A stretch of 64,000 bases of DNA from an uncultured virus (IMG/VR IMGVR_UViG_3300050019_000387). Its lineage: Duplodnaviria > Heunggongvirae > Uroviricota > Caudoviricetes. Shown here piece by piece: positions 57,653-64,000 of the stretch (position 1 is its first letter; the number at the start of each line of letters is the position of its first letter). Below the pieces are notes generated by a model. The model searched no databases. It saw nothing but the letters and a program-made list of their open reading frames with translations, and had not been told where the DNA came from. Where the stretch lies: IMG/VR virus record IMGVR_UViG_3300050019_000387. One strand, given 5' to 3'. The position numbers and the translations under genes were made by a program.

Positions 57653-58216
57653 TCAGTTCGCGTGGGGGTCCTCCGCGGTGGCGCGCAGCCCGGCGCCTGC
57701 GACATGGCCCTCGTCGCCCGCGAACTGGGGGTGGTTGTTGGTGACCCACAGTGCGAGCGTCTGCAGTGCGATCCGTTCGAGCGGGTGGGTCTGACCGGGG
57801 GCCATGTCGCCGGGGATTCCCGGCAGCAGCGTGGCGACGCGCTCCCAGAAAGCGTCGAGCGCGCTCTCGGTGATCTGGCTCACCACCTTGATCGACATCT
57901 CCGAACTGAGGAGGAACTCGCCGACCTCGCCGAAGTAGATCGGCTGGTTGACGTCCCCGTGGCCGATCGAGCCGTCCTCGCGGAGCGCGAACACCTCTCC
58001 GTGCGGGTAATGGTGAGCGCCGTCCTCGACGACCGCGAAATACTCGCCGTACCCGTCGAGGGCCACGTGCAGCGTACTGGTGGGCGGCAGGTGCTCAGTG
58101 AGCGTGGTGAGCGTGGCCATGAGCCGACTCGGCGGTGTCCCGGCGAGCCGGGCCCCGTCTCCGAGGTACTTCTCGGCCTCGGCAACGTCGGCGATGACTG
58201 AGATGCGTGCAGGCAT
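57653..58216 (-). CDS. Hypothetical protein
   Basis: 187 aa, GAAAGGA RBS. Confidence 0.75.
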   Translation of the reverse strand: MPARISVIADVAEAEKYLGDGARLAGTPPSRLMATLTTLTEHLPPTSTLHVALDGYGEYFAVVEDGAHHYPHGEVFALREDGSIGHGDVNQPIYFGEVGEFLLSSEMSIKVVSQITESALDAFWERVATLLPGIPGDMAPGQTHPLERIALQTLALWVTNNHPQFAGDEGHVAGAGLRATAEDPHAN

Positions 58217-58309
58217 CGGTTGGTCCTTTCATCAGGGTTGGACTACAAACGGCGCCGCGGGACACGCCGCGCGTCAGGGCGCATTCGGGTTGCTCGCGGC
58301 GGACGTGGG

Positions 58310-58615
58310 TTAGTCGAGGTCCTCGAGAAGCACCCTGGCCGTCCACGGCAGGACGTCATCGAGGGCGCGCTGCCAGCGCGACCAGTCATCCGGCCAGGCG
58401 CCGTTGAATGGTGGGGCCGCCCAGGCGCGCACGGCGTCGCGGCAGGCGAGGATCACCCGCTCGGGGTCCTTGCTTTTGACGGCGCGGGTCAGTGCCGCCT
58501 TCTGCCGGGCAAACAGCGGTCGGCAGGCTTGGTAGTCGGGTTTGGGCGCGGCGGTGGCGCGCTGATCGCCGCGCTCTCGCGCTCGGTCGAGGATCGTTTG
58601 TACCTCGCTGGACAT
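58310..58615 (-). CDS. Small conserved-looking hypothetical protein
   Basis: QKAALTRAVK...WPDDWSRWQRALDD; GAAGGAG RBS. Confidence 0.75.
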   Translation of the reverse strand: MSSEVQTILDRARERGDQRATAAPKPDYQACRPLFARQKAALTRAVKSKDPERVILACRDAVRAWAAPPFNGAWPDDWSRWQRALDDVLPWTARVLLEDLD

Positions 58616-58633
58616 GCTGTGTCTCCTTCTGTC

Positions 58634-59383
58634 TCAGACGTTGTGGAGCCACTGGCGCAGGCTTCTCAGCAGCGCCCGTGTTGTGCGCGTCGTCGTGGTT
58701 GTGGGACTGGCGGTTGGCGGAGGTGTTGGCGTCTCTGCCGGCTCGCGAATGACCCATCCGCCGCCGATCGTCGGCTCGTCAGCGACGAACCCCGCTGTCC
58801 ACACGATCGTGTGACCGGCGGCGCGCAGACGGGTGAGCGCGGCCTGCCAGCGCTTCTCGTCCCAGTTGTAGATGCACGCGGCGAAGCGGCCGCTGCGGGT
58901 GCGCCCACGGATGTGTCCCAAGGCGCGCGCGTCGTCAGCCTGCTCGCGCTCGCGGCGACTGGCCGCGTCATTGCCTTCGGCGTGTTGCAGCAGGCGCAGC
59001 ATCGGAACGAGCTGGTCGGCGCGAGCGAGCACCGCCTCGATCGCTTCAAAACACGCCGTGTCGGTCGTTGCGCCATCGGAGAGGCGATCGGCCTCGATCG
59101 GGTAGGTCGCGATCTGGCGCTTGTACGCCGGTCCCAACGGGTCGACGTGGTCCTCGCGCACAGCGATCAGCAGTGATTCGTCGCGGTCGTAGGTCACCAG
59201 TTCGACGTTGTCGGGACCGCTGATCGCGCCGCTGTCGTGCGCGTCCCGCACGCGGTCGTGAATCGCACGGGCGAGCCGGCGCGATTCGCTGAGGTGGAGC
59301 CGCGGGTCGGTTTCGTACTCGTTGGTGATGTAGCTGCGAAGCTGCTCGCGGTCGAGCCGGAACGCTTCGTCGCGTCTGCTCAT
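58634..59383 (-). CDS. Hypothetical protein, tandem paralog of 59453-59863 with extra C-terminal domain
   Basis: EAFRLDR...RVRDA..SGAISGPDN...RQIAT...EAIEAVL. Confidence 0.8.
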   Translation of the reverse strand: MSRRDEAFRLDREQLRSYITNEYETDPRLHLSESRRLARAIHDRVRDAHDSGAISGPDNVELVTYDRDESLLIAVREDHVDPLGPAYKRQIATYPIEADRLSDGATTDTACFEAIEAVLARADQLVPMLRLLQHAEGNDAASRREREQADDARALGHIRGRTRSGRFAACIYNWDEKRWQAALTRLRAAGHTIVWTAGFVADEPTIGGGWVIREPAETPTPPPTASPTTTTTRTTRALLRSLRQWLHNV

Positions 59384-59452
59384 GTGACGTGTCCTTTCGT
59401 CGTTGATGGGTCGGACGCCGGTGCGACAGCACGCGCGCCGCGGGGAAGTCGC

Positions 59453-59863
59453 CTACAGGCCGGTGGCCTGCAGAGCGCGCAGCAGCGGCAGCAGTTTGGT
59501 CGCGTGTTCGAGGACCGCCTCGACGGCCTCCCGGGATGCCCGGTAGCTCCCGTCGTCGAGGATCAGTTCGCGGGTCTCGAGTGAGAACGTGGCGACCTGG
59601 CGCTGCTGGGTGCAGAGCGGTTTGGTTTCCTCGCGCACGCAGACGATGAGCGAGTCGCCGACCGCGTAGGTCTGGACCGCGGTGTTCTCGGGGCCGCTGA
59701 CCGCTCCGCATTCGACAGCGTCGCGGACGCGCCGATCAAGCGCGCTGGCGAGCCCTTCTTCCTCGTAATGGTTGATGCCTTCGGCGCTGCCGTAGTCGGC
59801 GCGTACCTCGGACAGCAGTGTGCTTCGGTTGAGGCGGAACGCCTCGCGTGCTGCTCGAGCCAT
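59453..59863 (-). CDS. Hypothetical protein, tandem paralog of 58634-59383
   Basis: EAFRLNR...RVRDA..CGAVSGPEN...RQVAT...EAVEAVL. Confidence 0.8.
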   Translation of the reverse strand: MARAAREAFRLNRSTLLSEVRADYGSAEGINHYEEEGLASALDRRVRDAVECGAVSGPENTAVQTYAVGDSLIVCVREETKPLCTQQRQVATFSLETRELILDDGSYRASREAVEAVLEHATKLLPLLRALQATGL

Positions 59864-59875
59864 CTGGCTCTCCTT

Positions 59876-60460
59876 TCATTGTGAGATGTCGATGCCGCCG
59901 GCCGCGTGCGCCGGGACTGCGCTGTCGGAGAGGTTCAGCGCGCGGTTGAGTTGGTCGGCGCAGAAGCCGAGCGCCGCCTCGACGCTCGCCCCGGAAAGGT
60001 TCTCGACTTCATGCCAGCCGTAGGTCGCGCCGTGCCGCTCACCGCCTGGGCTGATGACGAGCATGAACAACCCGCCGATATTGTCGTCATCGGCGAAGCA
60101 GTCGATCTCCAGGCCCGCGGGCGTGGTGAGTGCGCCCGCCGCCACGGCTTCGTCGACGAGCGACGTGGCAGCCTGACCGCACTCGATGTCACCCGCGTCG
60201 GGCACGAGCATGTCCTCGGTGATCTTCTCCGGGTCCACGCGAACCGGGTCGCCGTCGTAGCTGATGCGAAGCGTGGGCGCTTGGCGCTCTGCTGCGGCGA
60301 GCGCACGGATCTGTGCTGCCGCTTGCGTGTGGGTCTGTTGTGCGCCGTCTGAGTCCGGCTCGTCGGCGGCGTGCGCGAGTGTATTGGCAGCGCGCTCGAG
60401 CTCGCTGTGGGTGAGCGAGCGGGCGAGCGCGCGCAGCGCGAGGTTGGTGCTGTCAATCAT
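59876..60460 (-). CDS. Hypothetical protein
   Basis: ATG at 60460 with GAGAGGAA. Confidence 0.7.
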   Translation of the reverse strand: MIDSTNLALRALARSLTHSELERAANTLAHAADEPDSDGAQQTHTQAAAQIRALAAAERQAPTLRISYDGDPVRVDPEKITEDMLVPDAGDIECGQAATSLVDEAVAAGALTTPAGLEIDCFADDDNIGGLFMLVISPGGERHGATYGWHEVENLSGASVEAALGFCADQLNRALNLSDSAVPAHAAGGIDISQ

Positions 60461-60540
60461 CTGGTTCCTCTCACTTCGAAGGGTGGTCAAAGGGCGCGGG
60501 TTCGGGCGAGAGGTCCGGTCGGGCGCCGGCCGGTGTGGCG

Positions 60541-60833
60541 CTAGACGAGCGCGAGTTGCTCGTTTTCGATTGCCGCCCACCAGCCGTCGAAGCCGGGCAG
60601 CGCCTTCTCCTGGGCGCTGGCGGGCCTGCGACGACGAAACGTCTCGCGCGTGGGCAACTCGCTCCTGCGGCGTAGCCTGTAGACGCGCTCGATCCCGTCG
60701 TGGGTGTCGATGAGGCCGAGCGAGCCGACGCGCTGCTCGCATTGGGCTCGGGTGCCGTGCGCGAGGACGCGCAGGTCGCGGTTTGCGATGTGGCGAGGCG
60801 GGGCCAAGCGGCGTTCGGCGGAGCGGCGCTCAC
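60541..60833 (-). pseudogene. Small hypothetical gene, probable 1-nt deletion near 60792
   Basis: GTGA-coupled start MSAAPPNAAWPRL joins HIANRDLRVLAHG...NEQLALV* if one C is added; alternatively an intact TTG-start ORF 60541-60807. Confidence 0.45.
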
Positions 60834-61813
60834 GCGGCGACCGCGAGCGGTGTTCTCTGGCTGGGGTCGGAGTCGACGGGGCGGGCTGCAGGTCGCTGGG
60901 CGCCGAGGATGAAGTCGCTCGCGCGTTGCGCTTGGCCGGCGGCGCTGATCAGCAGCTTGGGGTCATCGCGCAGTTTGCTCATCCATGAGGCGATGTACGC
61001 GGCAGTGTTGGTCTGCAGTGCCGGCACGTCGATGTCGGCGATCGCGCACATAAACGCGGCACCCATCTCCGCGACGAGCTCCTCCCGCGAGTACCCCAAG
61101 CCAGCGAACTCACCGATCTCCATGACCTCCTTGCGCGCGAGGCGCCGACGGTGGCCGGTGGAGTGGACGTGCTCGTGAAAGGAGACCGCGTAGTAGGCCT
61201 CGCGGGTCTCGAAGGACTCTGGCTGGGGCAGCCCGACGGTGTCCAACGCGGGCCGGTAATAGGCGTGCGAGCCGCCGTGGATAACGCGCGGCGGATCAGG
61301 CATCTTCGCGAGTAGCGAGCGCGCGGCCTCGATCGGCTCAAACGACGCGCGCTCTGGCAGCGGCGGGATCCGCTCGGTGAGCTCGTCGCACTGCTCGATG
61401 TTGAAGACGTTGTAGTGGCGAAGCAGCGGGATCCGCCTCGGCTTCTCCGCGCCATCCTCCTCGGCTTGGATCACAAGCTGCTTCCAAAACACGATCATCG
61501 TGCTCTGCTCACCGCGGCGCACAGCACCACCCAAGGTGATCGCCTGACGGAATGTCACCCAATAGGGCGAGGTGTAACCGGCGGTGGCGGCGGTGAGGTC
61601 GAGGAGCAGCGTGTTCACGCCCCGGTAGGGCTTGCGGGAGGCGAGGTTGACGTGGGTGTAGCGGTCGCTGTCGGCATGGCGATCAACCCGCCACGGCCGT
61701 CGCCAGGGGACGACGCCGTCCTCAAGCGAGGTCAGGACGCGCCCGGTCACCTCGGCATAGATGTCGCGAGGCGGCCCGCTGGGACGGCGGTTCTTCGCGC
61801 GAGTGGGGCTCAT
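60830..61813 (-). CDS. ardC: ArdC-family antirestriction/ssDNA-binding protein with zincin-like domain
   Basis: LEDGVVPWRRPW, YRGVN, WVTFRQA..LGGAVRRGE, AYYRP..D, FHEHVHSTGH, YSREELVAE, AAYIASW; ATG at 61813 with AAGGAG. Confidence 0.93.
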   Translation of the reverse strand: MSPTRAKNRRPSGPPRDIYAEVTGRVLTSLEDGVVPWRRPWRVDRHADSDRYTHVNLASRKPYRGVNTLLLDLTAATAGYTSPYWVTFRQAITLGGAVRRGEQSTMIVFWKQLVIQAEEDGAEKPRRIPLLRHYNVFNIEQCDELTERIPPLPERASFEPIEAARSLLAKMPDPPRVIHGGSHAYYRPALDTVGLPQPESFETREAYYAVSFHEHVHSTGHRRRLARKEVMEIGEFAGLGYSREELVAEMGAAFMCAIADIDVPALQTNTAAYIASWMSKLRDDPKLLISAAGQAQRASDFILGAQRPAARPVDSDPSQRTPLAVAA

Positions 61814-62017
61814 GTGGTTCTCCTTGCTAGGTCTGTGCTCGCCGAACCGCACGGCTAGCGAGCGGACGGTGCGCTTCGGGGCGAGCGAGGGTTCGGGCGC
61901 GTGGCGGCGTCACGTGGCGCTTCGGCTTCTCAGCGCTGGGCGCTGCTTCGAGCGCACGTGCTCGGCGCCGCGGTGTCGTTGCCGGCGACCTCTCGGTCGT
62001 CGGCCTTTACTGGCCAG

Positions 62018-62815
62018 TTACAGGGCTCCGGTTGCCGTGTCGGCGGGCGCGTAGATCTCAACGCGCGGCGGGTCGGTCTGGGTCCAACGCCAGGCGCGCC
62101 CTGTTCCACTGAGGCGGCGCGTCAACTCGACCTCCTCGTCGTCGTAGCCGAAGTCCGCCGCGCGGTTCATCCGCGCGACAAGGAGCCCTGTCGAGAGGTG
62201 CGCGAAGCGCGGCAACTGTTCGCTGGCCTCGTGGTTGTGTTGGGGCATTGCGGGTCGTTTCGTCGATTCTTGGTCTTGCACGTCGTCGTCGCTAATCGCG
62301 TACTGCCGGCAGACCTCCATCAGAAAGTCGCTTGCTGAGAGGTCGCCGGGGCTGCGGCTGGCGCGGCGCATGAGCGCGATCAACTCGCCGCGCAGTTCGC
62401 TGTTGTCAGACAGTGGGCAGGGGCGTGGCGGCCATTGCGATGCCCCGTCAGCACGGTCGCTGCGCGTGTCGCGGTCCGCGTCGGCGTTGAGTGTCTTGCG
62501 CTGGCGCACGGCTCGCCGGCGGCGCCGCCAGGCCGACACGGCGCTGATTGGCTGGCGCCGCCGCGGTGTTCCGGGGTGTCCTGCGAGCCAGCGATCGTCC
62601 TCGTCGTAGACTTCGCAATGTTCGGGCTTATCGAGGCTGATTGCCTCGCGGAGGATCGCCTTGATATCGCCGGGGTCGACGAAGTCGGGCAGGAATGCGA
62701 TTCGGTAGTCGGTGATGAAGCCGTCGGCGTTGACAGTGACCTGGTCGAGGTACAGCGGCACGGTCGCTTGGAGGCCGCTTCGCGCGACTGTGTAGGGCGG
62801 CGGTTGGTTCCGCAT
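62018..62815 (-). CDS. Hypothetical protein; N-terminal domain paralogous to 26258-26959, possibly two fused genes
   Basis: ARSGLQATVPLYLD...ITDYRIAFLP...LAGHPGT, then a low-complexity linker and an unrelated C-terminus. Confidence 0.65.
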   Translation of the reverse strand: MRNQPPPYTVARSGLQATVPLYLDQVTVNADGFITDYRIAFLPDFVDPGDIKAILREAISLDKPEHCEVYDEDDRWLAGHPGTPRRRQPISAVSAWRRRRRAVRQRKTLNADADRDTRSDRADGASQWPPRPCPLSDNSELRGELIALMRRASRSPGDLSASDFLMEVCRQYAISDDDVQDQESTKRPAMPQHNHEASEQLPRFAHLSTGLLVARMNRAADFGYDDEEVELTRRLSGTGRAWRWTQTDPPRVEIYAPADTATGAL

Positions 62816-62869
62816 GGATGGGTCCTTTCGGTTGCAGATTGGGTGCGATCGGCTCGCCCGGTTGGGCGT

Positions 62870-63826
62870 TCAGGCGGTGGCCGTCTCGCTCTGTGGTGGG
62901 GCGTCGGCGGGCTCGTAGGGGATCTCGATGAGCAACGTGTGCGGGCCGGTGTAGACCTCCACGCCCGCCGGGTAGTCACGGCCGGCTGGGTAGCGCCGCG
63001 CGACGTACACGTTGCCTTCGCTTTCGTTTTGTACGCGTGTCTGGCGGGCGTGCGCGACTTGCATCATTTGCTGTGTCGTCTTGTACGCGCCGGCGGGGTA
63101 GATTCGGCTGGCGACGTCGGGCCCGCTGTGTGGGCGCAGGATGATCAGGCGCGCTCCATCCTCGCTGAACGTGCTGGCGGCGAAGCGTGCGAGGCTGAGT
63201 CGCCAGTCGTTGCGCGCGAGGTACGCTCGGTTGCCGCAGCTCGCGCGCAATGCGGCGCCTGTGGCGAGCTCGATTCCGGCTTCGACGCCGGCGTCGTAGG
63301 CTTCGACACTGCCGAGTGCTTCGATGTTGGGCTGCATGCCGGCGTCGTTTTCCCACTCGAGCGCGCGACGGCCGAGGTGCTCGTGTTCTTCCTCGGCCAG
63401 CTGCTGGCGCTCGCGGTCAATGCGGGCGCGCAGCACGTCCGGGTCGGGTGTCGCGAGCGGGTCGCTGCCGAGCTGTCGTATGACGTTCAGGCAAGCGAAG
63501 CAGCGGATCTCCATTTCCAAGTAGTCGTCGCCGGTGCGCAACGTCCCGTCCGGTTCGAACTCGGTGCCGTCGCTGCTGACGGTCATCTCGCCGCGCACGA
63601 AGTACGCGCTGTAGCCGGTCTCCTCGAATTTCTGGTCGCCGCAGTACGGGCAGCTGAAGGGTTGTGGTGTCGAGGGGTCGGCGCGGCGGCTGAGCGGCGT
63701 CCATTTCTTTACGCGCGCGCCGTGTTGCTCTTCGAGGTAGTCGGTGACCGCATCGTTGTCGATCTCGTCAGGAACGTCGATGTTGCTTGTGAGCGCACCG
63801 TCGTGCCAGGTGATTCCTACGAGCAT
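62870..63826 (-). CDS. Zinc-ribbon-containing hypothetical protein, paralog of 46512-47462
   Basis: CPYC...CFAC; ATG at 63826 with AAAGGAG. Confidence 0.85.
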   Translation of the reverse strand: MLVGITWHDGALTSNIDVPDEIDNDAVTDYLEEQHGARVKKWTPLSRRADPSTPQPFSCPYCGDQKFEETGYSAYFVRGEMTVSSDGTEFEPDGTLRTGDDYLEMEIRCFACLNVIRQLGSDPLATPDPDVLRARIDRERQQLAEEEHEHLGRRALEWENDAGMQPNIEALGSVEAYDAGVEAGIELATGAALRASCGNRAYLARNDWRLSLARFAASTFSEDGARLIILRPHSGPDVASRIYPAGAYKTTQQMMQVAHARQTRVQNESEGNVYVARRYPAGRDYPAGVEVYTGPHTLLIEIPYEPADAPPQSETATA

Positions 63827-64000
63827 GTTGGGCTCCTTTCGCGGGTTTGCCGGGGTTGTGCGCGTGCGTGCGGACACCCGCAGTTTGTTTGGGGTGCCGC
63901 ACACGTTGCGGGGATGGGTGCTGTAGGCGCGGTTGCGGTCGCTACGCGGCCGCGACAAGCAGCCGCTCGGTGGGAGCGACGGGGGCGGCCGGTAGGTCGA

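Larger units (their letters stand above)
1..64000 (-). mobile_element. Internal segment of a large mobile element (plasmid/ICE/phage-plasmid); early/anti-defence cargo region, boundaries not in window
   Basis: All genes co-oriented; ArdC, ParB, methylase-helicase, orphan MTases, primase, ligase; no housekeeping genes. Element type cannot be fixed because no relaxase, integrase or capsid is present. Confidence 0.7.

Noticed and set aside
52..63926. Many long plus-strand ORFs (e.g. 32378-34324, 40335-41675, 13179-14321)
   Set aside because: Antisense shadows of GC3-rich minus-strand genes; no recognisable motifs or RBS
7561..63966. Calling the intergenic hairpins Rho-independent terminators
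   Set aside because: No U-tracts on the minus strand, and mismatches disfavour folding of the mRNA strand; U-less terminators remain possible
1..64000. tRNA, rRNA, IS/transposase, integrase, phage structural genes
   Set aside because: None recognised by eye; a covariance-model search was not possible

Overview
A very GC-rich (roughly 70% by eye) 64 kb accessory region. About 76 real genes all lie on the minus strand, most preceded by a strong AAAGGAG-type RBS; the plus-strand ORFs look like antisense shadows. I see no housekeeping, rRNA/tRNA, CRISPR, integrase, relaxase, T4SS or virion genes. The content resembles the early-expressed, anti-defence (leading-region-type) cargo of a large conjugative plasmid, ICE or phage-plasmid, probably from an actinobacterium (inference). 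It includes ArdC, two ParB-like proteins, a giant methylase-SNF2 helicase, three further amino-methyltransferases, a C5 methyltransferase, a Mom-like GNAT, a TGT/DpdA-like enzyme, an AEP primase, an ATP-dependent ligase, CsrA, two diverged UvrD + Rad52-like + Cas4/AddB-like nuclease modules, and many small hypothetical proteins, several in paralogous pairs. Three window-wide signals stand out: (1) 14 proteins end in Ala-Ala (ssrA/ClpXP-degron-like); (2) many proteins carry QL[SD]LF-like sliding-clamp motifs; (3) intergenic hairpins have their G-T wobble pairs on the template (+) strand, which suggests folding as ssDNA rather than as mRNA. Several genes have 1-2 nt frameshifts in short runs that may be sequencing errors. 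All family assignments come from motif recognition by eye, with no database search.
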